Source: a candidate division WOR-3 bacterium
GTDB taxonomy: Bacteria > Hydrothermota > Hydrothermia > B15-G9 > WFZT01
Length of the DNA stretch: 64,000 nucleotides
Assembly (NCBI GenBank): GCA_027053075.1
Contig: JALUEE010000033.1
Location: forward strand, 64,001-128,000
Reading direction: 5' to 3'
Part shown: piece by piece, positions 40,542-50,456 of the stretch
Layout: each line of letters begins with the position of its first letter
How positions within the stretch are numbered: the first letter of the stretch is position 1
Notes under the pieces: generated by a model
The model's input: the letters and a program-made list of their open reading frames with translations, nothing else
The model's database searches: none
What the model was told of the DNA's origin: nothing
Program-made: the position numbers and the translations under genes

Positions 40542-40824
40542 AGAAGTTTTCAACATACTCAGACTCGCAAGAAGGGCGGGCAAGATTGTTCACGGCCATG
40601 ATGCAGTACTCAGAAATTTTGACCGTGGGAAGCTACTCGTAATCTCCCTTGATTACAGTCGGAGGGAGGCGTCCTACTTTCGCAGACTCGCTGTAAGAAA
40701 CAACATCCCTGTGCTCTTTTTAGGTAGTAAAGAGCAATTTGGTGAGCTCCTCGACACATCACCCACTGGAATTTTGCTCGTAACTGATAAAAACTTTGCC
40801 AAGAAGATATTAGATCTGGTATGA
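40531..40824 (+). CDS. L7Ae/L30e/YlxQ family RNA-binding protein
   Basis: L.LARRAGK...G...V, D.S, K...G..L, D..FA; likely GTG start at 40531. Confidence 0.75.
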   Translation: MESKEVFNILRLARRAGKIVHGHDAVLRNFDRGKLLVISLDYSRREASYFRRLAVRNNIPVLFLGSKEQFGELLDTSPTGILLVTDKNFAKKILDLV

Positions 40825-41573
40825 CACCACTTTCCCTCTTCTACATAATGCTTGCCGGACTCGGCATCGGCTGGCTTGCATCAATGCTCGGCATCGGGGG
40901 TGGGGTCCTTATAGTTCCCACTCTCACACTCATTCTTCACTTTCCCATCAAGCACGCTATTGCCGTTAGCCTGATCGGAGTTTCTGCCACTTCTCTTATG
41001 GCAGCTTCAAACTATTTAAAGTCCGGCCTTGTGGATGTTGAGCTCGGTATAACTCTCGAAAGTTCCACCATTTTGGGAGCCCTAACTGGTGGACTGCTCA
41101 GCGGATATTTGAAAAGTGGCATTCTGTATATTCTTTTTGCCATCCTTGTGATTTACACGGCTTACGTAATGTGGGCTGGCAAAAAGGTTAAAGATATTGA
41201 AAATAACGGATACTCCCACCTCACAGAGGGAGTTGGCTTTTCATATTTCGCCGGCCTCGCGTCTGCACTACTTGGCATTGGAGGAGGAGTGCTCAAGGTG
41301 CCTATCATGAATCTCGTTATGAACGTACCGGTCAGAACAGCAGTGGCAACTTCAAGCTTTATGATAGGTATGACGGCCGTAACGGGTGTCTTCCCGTACA
41401 TCGAGAGGGGAGAAGCTGACTTCCATGTTGCCGGTGCCATAGTCATTGGAACGCTTATCGGGGCATACATAGGTTCGAGGATAATGAGAAAAATCCCCAC
41501 ACTCATTTTAAAAAGGGCTTTTGCTGTAATACTTTTTCTCGTGGGTGTGAGGATGTTTATTAAAGGGATATGA
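40821..41573 (+). CDS. TauE/SafE sulfite exporter family protein
   Basis: Duplicated G.GGG...VP motif, A.ATS. Confidence 0.9.
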   Translation: MTPLSLFYIMLAGLGIGWLASMLGIGGGVLIVPTLTLILHFPIKHAIAVSLIGVSATSLMAASNYLKSGLVDVELGITLESSTILGALTGGLLSGYLKSGILYILFAILVIYTAYVMWAGKKVKDIENNGYSHLTEGVGFSYFAGLASALLGIGGGVLKVPIMNLVMNVPVRTAVATSSFMIGMTAVTGVFPYIERGEADFHVAGAIVIGTLIGAYIGSRIMRKIPTLILKRAFAVILFLVGVRMFIKGI

Positions 41574-41842
41574 TAGAAAAGGAGCTTGCTAAAATACTTA
41601 GAATTTTCCTGTACTCGGCATTTTCCGTGATATTAGCAGGTCTTTTACTCTACACCTTCCATTACCACGGTAAGAATTTAATAGAGGTTGGCGTTTTCAT
41701 CGTGCTTCTTGCGCCACTTGCAGAATTCATTGCCCTACTCGTCCACGGTGTTACAAAGGGCAAGAAAAAATTTGTTTTTATCTCCACCTGGATGATGGCA
41801 GTATTTCTTTTTTCCTCTCTCAAATTTTTTATATTCCACTGA
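41570..41842 (+). CDS. Small membrane protein (DUF1634-like, TauE partner)
   Basis: Three TM segments, G...LL..P; overlaps the TauE stop. Confidence 0.6.
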   Translation: MIEKELAKILRIFLYSAFSVILAGLLLYTFHYHGKNLIEVGVFIVLLAPLAEFIALLVHGVTKGKKKFVFISTWMMAVFLFSSLKFFIFH

Positions 41843-41885
41843 GCATTTGCGGGATTAAGGGCAGGTTTGTATAATAAAAACCATT

Positions 41886-42980
41886 ATGGCAAAGGATACG
41901 AGACTAATTGAATTAGAGAAGAAGTTTTCTGAAATCAAAGAGCTTTTCGACGTTGAAAGAAAGAAGAGGGAGATCGAGGAGATTGAGAGAAAGGCCCAGT
42001 CTCCTGATTTCTGGAATGACAGGGCGAATGCCCAGAAATTGATGGGCAGGCTCAAGCTCTATAAAAAGGACATCGAAACGATTAAAAGGGTCGAAGAAGA
42101 GCTTCAATACCTTGAAGAGCTCGAGGAACTCCGGGAAGAGGAAGAATTCCAGAGGGAATACGAGAAGGAGCTTGCGAAGCTTCAAAAAGACGTCGAAGAG
42201 CTTGAGATTAAAGCCCTATTTCGTGATGAGGATGACACAAAGAACGCCATCCTTTCCATCCATCCGGGTGCGGGTGGTACGGAATCGCAGGACTGGGCAG
42301 AAATGCTCATGCGCATGTACCTTAGATGGATAGAGCGCAAAGGTTTTAAATACAAGATTATTGACCTGCAGCCCGGTGATGTGGCCGGTATCAAAGACGT
42401 TACTATTTTTGTTGAAGGTGATTACGCCTACGGCTATCTCAAGGCTGAAAGAGGTGTTCATCGACTTGTTAGAATCTCCCCTTTTGATGCCAATCAGAGG
42501 CGTCACACATCCTTTGCCTCTGTTTTTGTGTATCCAGAGGCCGAAGATGTGGAGGTTGAAATCAAGGAAGACGAGCTAAAGATTGATACATTCCGTTCCT
42601 CCGGCCCTGGTGGACAGCACATGCAGAAAAACGAAACCGCCGTGAGAATTACCCACATACCAACAGGAATTGTAGTCACGTGTCAATCAGAGCGTTCTCA
42701 GCACCAGAACAAAACCATCGCTTTAAAAATCCTCAAAGCCCGCCTTTACAACTATTACAAGGAAAAAGAAAAGGAAAAGCTCGAGGATGTGGAGAAAGAA
42801 AAGGGAGACATTGCCTGGGGCAATCAGATTCGTTCCTACATTCTTCATCCGTATAAGATGGTCAAAGACCATCGAACCGGTGTTGAAACCGGAAATCCCA
42901 ACGCAGTTTTAGACGGAGAAATTGACGATTTTATAAAAGCATTCCTGCTGATGCAGGGTAAAAAGGCTCTCAAAAGTTAA
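41886..42980 (+). CDS. prfB: Peptide chain release factor 2, no programmed frameshift
   Basis: GAGGTESQDW, SPF, GGQ, WGNQIRSY; uninterrupted frame. Confidence 0.97.
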   Translation: MAKDTRLIELEKKFSEIKELFDVERKKREIEEIERKAQSPDFWNDRANAQKLMGRLKLYKKDIETIKRVEEELQYLEELEELREEEEFQREYEKELAKLQKDVEELEIKALFRDEDDTKNAILSIHPGAGGTESQDWAEMLMRMYLRWIERKGFKYKIIDLQPGDVAGIKDVTIFVEGDYAYGYLKAERGVHRLVRISPFDANQRRHTSFASVFVYPEAEDVEVEIKEDELKIDTFRSSGPGGQHMQKNETAVRITHIPTGIVVTCQSERSQHQNKTIALKILKARLYNYYKEKEKEKLEDVEKEKGDIAWGNQIRSYILHPYKMVKDHRTGVETGNPNAVLDGEIDDFIKAFLLMQGKKALKS

Positions 42981-42992
42981 GGAGGCACAGGT

Positions 42993-43763
42993 ATAAAGAT
43001 ACCTTTCATAAAAAATTCCATTTCCCCTGCATTTACTTCTATTGCACCGATTTATGACGAACTCATGCAGGATGTGGATTACTTCGACTGGGTGGATTAC
43101 TTCGAATCCCTTATCAGAAGATACTCGAAGATAAAGGTGAAAAAGATTCTGGACATCGGATGCGGGACAGGCACACCCACCATGCTATTTCGTTATCATG
43201 GATATCACGTCGTTGGCCTTGATAAGTCAAAGGATATGCTTGAAGTGGCCAAAACCAAAGCAAAGGGTCTGAAAGGTGTAAGATTTGTTCAGGGGGATTT
43301 TATCAACTTCAGGCTCGAAGAGCAGTTTGACGCCGCAGTCTCAATTTTTGACAGTATCAACAACCTTATGAACGAGGAACATCTACTTAAAACCTTCAGA
43401 AACGTCAGGGCACACCTGAAAGAAGGCGGCCCATTTGTTTTCGACATGAACACAAAATACGCTTTAAAAGAGTACTGGGGCAACGGCGTGAAGGTGTTTG
43501 ATAAGGGTAAAATCCTTTCCATCTGGAGAACCACGTACAACGAGAAGAAGATGCTTTCGAGACTGCACATCACGGTGTTTTACAGAATCGGTGAAAATAC
43601 CTATACAAGGATGGATGAAGAGCATTTCGAGAGGGCTTATAATAATGAAACTATTGAAAAACTCTTGAGGAAAGCAGGTTTTGATGAGATTTACGCATTT
43701 GAACACTTGAGTTATTCAAAACCGAGGTCCAACACACCAAGAGTTGTTTTTGTAGCCGTTTAA
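42993..43763 (+). CDS. Class I SAM-dependent methyltransferase, probable ATA start
   Basis: LDIGCGTG, D.S..ML, DSIN; conserved-looking F..IA..YD.LM N-terminus lies upstream of ATG 43065; in-frame ATA 7 nt after AAGGAGG. Confidence 0.85.
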   Translation: MKIPFIKNSISPAFTSIAPIYDELMQDVDYFDWVDYFESLIRRYSKIKVKKILDIGCGTGTPTMLFRYHGYHVVGLDKSKDMLEVAKTKAKGLKGVRFVQGDFINFRLEEQFDAAVSIFDSINNLMNEEHLLKTFRNVRAHLKEGGPFVFDMNTKYALKEYWGNGVKVFDKGKILSIWRTTYNEKKMLSRLHITVFYRIGENTYTRMDEEHFERAYNNETIEKLLRKAGFDEIYAFEHLSYSKPRSNTPRVVFVAV

Positions 43764-43764
43764 A

Positions 43765-44988
43765 ATGTACATCGCAGACTTACATATTCACTCAAAATAC
43801 TCACGTGCCACATCAAAGGATATGACCCCGGAAATACTCGCAAAGTACGCTAAAGAAAAGGGAGTAAGTCTACTTGGCACAGGAGACGCCATTCACCCAA
43901 AGTATCTGGAAGAGCTAAAGGAGAAGTTAAAACCCACTTCGAGGTATGGAATCTATGAGTATGATGGGGTGGATTTTATCCTCTCAGGTGAGATTTCCAA
44001 TATCTACTCTCAGGACGGCAAATTGAGAAAAATCCACACGGTTCTCCTCTACCCGGATTTCGAGAGTGTCAAGGCAGTACAGAAAAAACTCGCTCCGTAC
44101 GGAAGTATCTTTGCAGATGGAAGGCCTATATTTGGCTTAAGCTTGAAGAAAACCATCGAACTTGTGAGGGAAGTTTCAGATGAAATAATGATTATTCCTG
44201 CGCACATCTGGACACCGTGGTTTTCTCTCTTCGGCTCTAACTCTGGATTTGATTCAATCGAAGAATGCTGTGGAGAGCTTTCCGATGAAATCATTGCCCT
44301 TGAGACGGGTTTATCATCTGATCCACCGATGAACTGGCGGCTCTCGGCGCTCGATAAATATACCCTCGTCTCCAACTCCGATGCCCATTCCCCATCGAGG
44401 ATTGGGCGAGAGGCCAATGTGTTTGCACATCCCGTTGACTTTAACGAGCTTCGTGAAATCCTAAAAAATGAAGATTCCACAAGATTTCTATTCACCATCG
44501 AATTCTTCCCGGAAGAGGGAAAGTACCACTACGATGGCCACAGGAACTGCAAGGTCAGTCTTCATCCGAGAGAATCAATAAAACTTCACAATGTGTGTCC
44601 TGTATGTGGCCGACCATTAACAGTCGGCGTGCTACATCGGGTAGAAGACCTTGCGGACAGGCCCGAGGGGTTCAGGCCTCCCGGAAAGATTGGCTATAAG
44701 AATCTTGTTCCCCTCGATGAGATCATCGCTGATGCCCTCGAAGTTGGTAAGGAATCAAAGAGAGTGAGAGCCGAGTATGAGAACATGGTCAAACATCTCG
44801 GCCCGGAGCTCGAAATCCTCCTTCAGATACCTTACGAAGATATGGAAGGACGGGTAAACGAAAAGATCATCGAGGGAATACGCATGGTCCGTGAGGGCAA
44901 GGTTAAGGTTGTCCCTGGCTACGATGGTGTCTATGGGAAAATTGAAATTTTCCCAAAACAAGAAACAAAACAGATGTCTCTCTTTTAG
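43765..44988 (+). CDS. Endonuclease Q family (PHP domain plus Zn ribbon)
   Basis: DLHIHS.YS.ATS, GTGD..HP, PAH.WTP, ETGLS.D, NSDAHS, GRE, GKYH...C..C...CP.CG, PG.DG.YG. Confidence 0.9.
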   Translation: MYIADLHIHSKYSRATSKDMTPEILAKYAKEKGVSLLGTGDAIHPKYLEELKEKLKPTSRYGIYEYDGVDFILSGEISNIYSQDGKLRKIHTVLLYPDFESVKAVQKKLAPYGSIFADGRPIFGLSLKKTIELVREVSDEIMIIPAHIWTPWFSLFGSNSGFDSIEECCGELSDEIIALETGLSSDPPMNWRLSALDKYTLVSNSDAHSPSRIGREANVFAHPVDFNELREILKNEDSTRFLFTIEFFPEEGKYHYDGHRNCKVSLHPRESIKLHNVCPVCGRPLTVGVLHRVEDLADRPEGFRPPGKIGYKNLVPLDEIIADALEVGKESKRVRAEYENMVKHLGPELEILLQIPYEDMEGRVNEKIIEGIRMVREGKVKVVPGYDGVYGKIEIFPKQETKQMSLF

Positions 44989-44999
44989 GAGGGTTTGAA

Positions 45000-45188
45000 A
45001 TGAGTCTCGATAAGGAACTTCTTGATATACTTGTTTGTCCAAAGTGCAAGGGAGAGCTTGAGTACAGGGAAAAGGAAGATGTGCTCATTTGCCACAACTG
45101 CAAATTGGTCTATGTGGTTAAAGAGGACATACCCGTGATGCTCGTAGAAAAGGCTATTCCCTTAGATGAGTGGGAGAAAGATAAATGA
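45000..45188 (+). CDS. Trm112/YcaR family protein
   Basis: LL.IL.CP.CKG.L...C..C...Y.V...IPVML...A. Confidence 0.92.
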   Translation: MSLDKELLDILVCPKCKGELEYREKEDVLICHNCKLVYVVKEDIPVMLVEKAIPLDEWEKDK

Positions 45189-48100
45189 ATGCATACCTAC
45201 TTGCGTTCATCCTCTCCTTCTCTAACTTTAACGTAAAAACTCTTAAAAACTCCGATGATTTCATAAAACTCCAGGTGAACGTTAACTTTAGCGGATATCC
45301 CCTCAAAGGTGATGGATTTGTGGTAGATAGCGCGGGGTATCCAGAGCTTCCTTTCTACTACGTGAAGATCGCTCTGCCACCCGATAGAGATGTCTCCAAA
45401 ATAACAGTTGAGCCCACAGGCTACGAATACAAAAAACTTAAGCCGCCGGTACCAATCCCTCATTACATCGATGATGGACTTACCCCAATTTACAGAGAAG
45501 GGGAGATTTATAAATCGTCCTCCATTTTCCCATCAAAAACCTGGTCTCTTGCTGGTGGCGGTTTCCTTAGGCATGTGCGTTATAAACTCATAAAAATCTA
45601 CCCCTTCAAATATGATTTTGGAGCAAATCGGCTCATCGTAGTAAAGGGTTTTAATATCAATGTCTCCCTCAAGCCGGCATCGAAGAGGTATGTAAAGTGG
45701 AGAGGGAAGGACAGCTTTGAAGCCCTTTACAGATATACGTTTCCAAATTACAGACCGGATTGGAAGGTGAGTCTGCCTTCTCGGAAACCCTCAAATCCCT
45801 TTGACAACGCAAGTATATGGATAAAGATCAAAACCATTGAGGGTGGGCTTTATAAAATATCTGGCGCATCTCTTGAGGCCATTGGCGTTCATTTGCCCGT
45901 CGCAACGAACCATTTAGTTCTCTACAACTCGGCAAGTGACACCCTCAGGTCACTCCTGAGCCATGCCACAAATATCTTCTACACAGTCCCGTTGAAGGTT
46001 GTGGATAATGATGGGAATGGGTTACTTGATAGGAATGACTACATAGTTTTTTATGCAAGAGGCTTGAAAAGATTTTGGTTCCGGGGAGATTCAATCTCCT
46101 ACTTTGAACATCCGTATTCGGACACCAATGTATATTGGCTCGGTGTAGGCTCATCTGATCATCCTTTGCCAATAGAAAGCGTGACAAATTTCCGTAATGG
46201 AATTCAGGACACAATCACATCCCTGTTTGCTGTCTATAGACATGACATAAACACAATTAATCCTGCAGAGAAGGGTCTGAGGTGGGTTGGAGAAATACTA
46301 CGAATGCACAATCCTCCGGGCAGCGCGGAGTACACCTTCAATTTTTCCTTAAACGATCTTGCCTCACCCGATGGCGGTGGAATAGTAGTACCTGTTTTGC
46401 TTCTTGGATCCACCTACTTTGATGTTTATTTAAACAACACCCGCTACATTCAAAGCTCACCCCTTTACGCGGTGCATGATGACACATTCAGGCTTGTTGT
46501 AAACAACCTGAGAGAGGGGAGCAATGAACTCAAAATAGTCATGCGCGCTATACCCGGTAGAAATGACACACTGAATTACGGCAATCTGGATTTCTTTGAA
46601 TTCCAATATCAGAAGCGTCTGCTCCTGGGACCCAAAGTGAATCATTACTACAATAAAAATATATCCGGATGGCATGTCTTGAAGATCAGGTCTACAACCA
46701 CTCCCCTCGTTTCAAAAATCAAGGGAGGCATTGTCATGATTTTCGAGAATCTTCGGCATAAAGGTGACTACTACCTGCTCACCGATTCCCTCATGGGGAA
46801 AGAGGAATTCGTCATACAGAAAAACTACCTGACACCAATATCCCTTGAAATACGAACTCCTTCAGAGCTTGACCTGAGGAACCAGAGTTGGCGAGTTGAT
46901 TACCTAATTATCGGGAAGGAAATGTTTAGAAGCACCCTGATGAACTACATGAGCTACCGTAGAAACCATCTTTATATGCCAGATTCCAGTGGTGGCCATT
47001 ACACACAAGGTGATGTGAAATTTGTTCCTCTCGAGCGCATTTACGAAGAATTTGGATTTGGTGTTGCGGACCCTGTGAGTATCAGAAACTTCATTTATTT
47101 TGTTTATCACAATTCTGTGGGTCCTCCGCCCACCTATGTGCTATTTGTGGGCGATGGAAACTACGACTATAAGAATTTCGCCGGTGCAGCTTCTTACAAT
47201 CTTTTTCCACCATTTGAACCCTGGAACCTTATAGATATCAACGACAATTTCCATGGTGCCCTCGACGCCTTTTATGCCGATGTAGCACCGGATACAGGGT
47301 TTATCATGGAGGATATTTTTTACGGCCGCATCTGTGCACGCACGCGCTCTGATTTGAGAGATTATCTCGACAAGGTAATGGTTTACGAGTCAGGACAGAG
47401 TAACGGGCCTTGGAGAAACAGGGTAATGCTCGTTGCTGACGACGAGTATAACAACGATACCCATACCCATCATGAGACCGTTCATACCCTTGATTCAGAC
47501 GACCTTTACAGACACTACATTCCGCATTCTGTTGAAGTGATGACCCATTATTTGATCAACTATCCTTTTGACCAGAATATGATGAAACCCCAGGCCCGTC
47601 GCGACTTTAAACGGAAATACAACATTGGGCATCTTCTGATAAACATCTTCATGCATGGCAATCCAACGGTACTTGCCCATGAAAGGATGTTTATTGCCCC
47701 TCAGGATTATGCTGATATCCACGCGGGTTTTAAAAATTCCTTTCTCATTATTGCATCGTGTAAGGTAGGGGCCTACGATAGAATCGTTCCTGCAAGGGTG
47801 ATAGCAGAGGAGTTTAGTCTGAAGAAAGGGGGATCAATTGCCGTACTATCGTCTACAAACTCCACATATTCCAGTGCCAATGATTCCTATGTGACTTCAA
47901 TGTTAAGCCAGTTGAAAACCTACAGACACTATGCACTGGGGGAGCTCTCATTCTTTGGCAAAAACAATGAGTTTTACGTCCTTCTTGGCGACCCCACTGT
48001 GGCGATAGGCTATCCACGTCCTGATTCGGCTCTCTCACTGAACTTTTACCACAATGGTATGACAACAGATACCCTTACCGCTGCAGGTAGATTTTTATAC

Positions 48101-49060
48101 CGGGCATCTGGCCTATCCGGTGGCACGCGATACTATATCAGGATGTTTGAAAGCAAAAAGGATACCACCTATAGAAGAAACTGGGGAACAGATGTGGTGA
48201 GTATAACGTACCAGAAAGCCCCTGTGGCATTTTACTCCGGAGTAGTGGAGATCAGCAACTCTGATACGATAAGCAGAACATTCACTGTCCCGGTTTCATT
48301 GACCACCGGAAATAAAGCCTTTGCTTACATTTACAGAATGGGAGAGGTTGGACTGAGAGATTCCATCACAATTCTGCCTTCCACTGGTATTCCGCCGGGC
48401 AACAGGGGACCAACAATAAAGCTGTTTTTGAACGGAAAAGAACTTCAGGATTCATCATCTGTTCCACAAAATTTCTTGCTACAGGTTTACCTTTCAGATT
48501 CTGACGGCATAAATCTCACAAACAGTATATCACCTACGGTAAAATCGGGTATTCAGCTGGAAATAAACAACGACGCGGCAAACTCCATTGACCTCACCCC
48601 TTACTTTAATTACGAAAAGAATAGTTCAACGTCTGGCTACGCTATTTATCCCCTGAATCTCACAAATCCAGGGCTAAATCTCGTTAAAATCACAGCATAC
48701 GACAATCTGAAGACACCAACAGTCAAAACCTACTCACTCTACGTCCAAACGGCCGAAAACTTCAGATTACGCGATTTTTATATTTATCCAAACCCCATCC
48801 GTAACAGGAATGGGACGTACATCACATTTATTCTAAGCTCACCCGCAAGGGTTAGTATTTCAATCTATACCATAGCCGGCACTCCCATCTGGAAGAGTGG
48901 GGAGATGATGTTGCAGGAAGGATTCCACAAAATATACTGGAATGGGCGGGACATGGATGGAGATTATCCAGCCAATGGCCTATACTTTTTGACCTTAAAC
49001 GTAGAAGGAGCAAGCGGTGATAAAGTTCGGAAAATCGAAAAAATCCTTATCGCAAGATAA
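45185..49060 (+). CDS. C25 family (gingipain-like) peptidase, PorU-like sortase, with FlgD/T9SS-type C-terminal domain
   Basis: C25 propeptide (G.PELP), G.YKI, YLII, IYEEFG.G, VL.VGD..YDYK, GRI, MHG (His) and SC (Cys) catalytic motifs, LLGDP, GP.I, YPNP..WNGRD.DG..ANG.Y. Confidence 0.85.
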   Translation: MNAYLLAFILSFSNFNVKTLKNSDDFIKLQVNVNFSGYPLKGDGFVVDSAGYPELPFYYVKIALPPDRDVSKITVEPTGYEYKKLKPPVPIPHYIDDGLTPIYREGEIYKSSSIFPSKTWSLAGGGFLRHVRYKLIKIYPFKYDFGANRLIVVKGFNINVSLKPASKRYVKWRGKDSFEALYRYTFPNYRPDWKVSLPSRKPSNPFDNASIWIKIKTIEGGLYKISGASLEAIGVHLPVATNHLVLYNSASDTLRSLLSHATNIFYTVPLKVVDNDGNGLLDRNDYIVFYARGLKRFWFRGDSISYFEHPYSDTNVYWLGVGSSDHPLPIESVTNFRNGIQDTITSLFAVYRHDINTINPAEKGLRWVGEILRMHNPPGSAEYTFNFSLNDLASPDGGGIVVPVLLLGSTYFDVYLNNTRYIQSSPLYAVHDDTFRLVVNNLREGSNELKIVMRAIPGRNDTLNYGNLDFFEFQYQKRLLLGPKVNHYYNKNISGWHVLKIRSTTTPLVSKIKGGIVMIFENLRHKGDYYLLTDSLMGKEEFVIQKNYLTPISLEIRTPSELDLRNQSWRVDYLIIGKEMFRSTLMNYMSYRRNHLYMPDSSGGHYTQGDVKFVPLERIYEEFGFGVADPVSIRNFIYFVYHNSVGPPPTYVLFVGDGNYDYKNFAGAASYNLFPPFEPWNLIDINDNFHGALDAFYADVAPDTGFIMEDIFYGRICARTRSDLRDYLDKVMVYESGQSNGPWRNRVMLVADDEYNNDTHTHHETVHTLDSDDLYRHYIPHSVEVMTHYLINYPFDQNMMKPQARRDFKRKYNIGHLLINIFMHGNPTVLAHERMFIAPQDYADIHAGFKNSFLIIASCKVGAYDRIVPARVIAEEFSLKKGGSIAVLSSTNSTYSSANDSYVTSMLSQLKTYRHYALGELSFFGKNNEFYVLLGDPTVAIGYPRPDSALSLNFYHNGMTTDTLTAAGRFLYRASGLSGGTRYYIRMFESKKDTTYRRNWGTDVVSITYQKAPVAFYSGVVEISNSDTISRTFTVPVSLTTGNKAFAYIYRMGEVGLRDSITILPSTGIPPGNRGPTIKLFLNGKELQDSSSVPQNFLLQVYLSDSDGINLTNSISPTVKSGIQLEINNDAANSIDLTPYFNYEKNSSTSGYAIYPLNLTNPGLNLVKITAYDNLKTPTVKTYSLYVQTAENFRLRDFYIYPNPIRNRNGTYITFILSSPARVSISIYTIAGTPIWKSGEMMLQEGFHKIYWNGRDMDGDYPANGLYFLTLNVEGASGDKVRKIEKILIAR

Positions 49061-49076
49061 ACCTGGAGGTAACAAT

Positions 49077-49439
49077 ATGAAAGACAGCAGGATTGATACA
49101 AAGCTTGACACACTTGTGGGTCAGGGGGCCACATTTGAGGGGAATATCACTATTGAAGGCGGTGCAAGGATCGACGGGAAACTCAAGGGCAAGGTTAATG
49201 CCAAGGGAACAGTCGTTGTGGGAAAGAGTGGTAAGGTCGATGGAGAAATCATGGCGAAGAGTGCCGTGGTCGGCGGTGAGGTTAAGGGCACAATTCGGGT
49301 TCAGGATAGAGTGGAATTTGAAACTGGTGCGAAATTCGATGGAGAGGTCTACTGCAAGACACTGGTTGTTCAGGAAGGAGTGATCTTTGACGGCTCGTGC
49401 ACAATGACCAAAAAGGAGGTCCAGCCTCCAAAACAATGA
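49077..49439 (+). CDS. Bactofilin (polymer-forming cytoskeletal protein)
   Basis: T.VG.G..FEG.I...RIDG...G beta-helix repeats, G..F.G.C.M; ATG 49077 after GGAGGT. Confidence 0.92.
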   Translation: MKDSRIDTKLDTLVGQGATFEGNITIEGGARIDGKLKGKVNAKGTVVVGKSGKVDGEIMAKSAVVGGEVKGTIRVQDRVEFETGAKFDGEVYCKTLVVQEGVIFDGSCTMTKKEVQPPKQ

Positions 49440-50212
49440 AACTCTTTGACTCACACTGCCACCTGAACGACCCGAAATTCAAGAAAGACCTCGAAGAGGT
49501 CATTGAAAGGGCAAAATCAAATTTTGTCCAGCATGTAATCGTCGTTGGCTATGATCTAAAGAGCTCAAGAAAAGCCATTGAACTTGCCGAAAGGTATCCC
49601 GATTTCATCAGGGCAGCCGTTGCCATCCACCCGCACGATGCCGATACCGTGGATGATGAAAAATTAAAACAGCTGGAAGAGCTTGCAAATCACGATTACG
49701 TTGTTGCCATCGGAGAAACAGGGCTCGACTACTACAAAAACTATTCACCGAAAGAAGACCAGATAAGGGTGTTTGTAGAGCATATAAACCTTGCGAACCG
49801 GGTCAAGAAACCTGTCATTCTTCATATCAGGGATGCATTTGAAGATGCCTTCAGAATTCTCGAGGAGCATGGGGTCAATGAGCGTGGAATCTTCCACTGT
49901 TTCTCGGGTGGAGTGGGAGAGGCAAAAAGGGCCGTGGAATTGGGATTTTATGTCTCTTTTTCCGGCACCGTCACCTTCAATTCAAAAAAGCTTGAAGAAG
50001 CTGCTGTTTTCACACCTCTTGATAGGCTACTCATAGAAACAGATGCCCCATATCTTACCCCTGTTCCCAAAAGGGGCAGAAGAAACGAGCCTGCCTATGT
50101 TTATTTTGTGGCAAAGAAAATAGCCGAGCTTCGCGGGATGGAACTTGAGGAGATTGCCGGGGCGACCTACGATAATGCCTTAAGGGTTTTCAAAATAAAA
50201 GAGTGGAGCTGA
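49436..50212 (+). CDS. tatD: TatD family hydrolase/DNase
   Basis: DSHCH, HPH, GETGLDY, H.R.A, HCFSG, ETDAPYL.P, NEP. Confidence 0.96.
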   Translation: MKLFDSHCHLNDPKFKKDLEEVIERAKSNFVQHVIVVGYDLKSSRKAIELAERYPDFIRAAVAIHPHDADTVDDEKLKQLEELANHDYVVAIGETGLDYYKNYSPKEDQIRVFVEHINLANRVKKPVILHIRDAFEDAFRILEEHGVNERGIFHCFSGGVGEAKRAVELGFYVSFSGTVTFNSKKLEEAAVFTPLDRLLIETDAPYLTPVPKRGRRNEPAYVYFVAKKIAELRGMELEEIAGATYDNALRVFKIKEWS

Positions 50213-50276
50213 GGGGATTCGAACCCCTGACCCCAGGCTTGCAAAGCCTGTGCTCTCCCAACTGAGCTACAGCCCC
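50204..50276 (-). tRNA. tRNA-Ala (TGC), CCA not encoded
   Basis: GGGGCTGTAGCTCAGTTGGGAGAGCACAGGCTTTGCAAGCCTGGGGTCAGGGGTTCGAATCCCCTCAGCTCCA; G3:U70 pair, followed by CTC rather than CCA. Confidence 0.97.
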
Positions 50277-50456
50277 ACTTGTGAAGGTAATTAATTATCA
50301 CTGTTCCACCAATGACAGTCAAGAACTGGACTCAATTTTGTGGAGTTTGGTTCTCTGATCCGATAATTGGAGGGGGGGTGATTTAATGTACACTATTTGA
50401 GGCCGCTCTTTTATGTGGAGTTGAAGCGACTTAAACCTGATTTTAAAATTCGTCTA

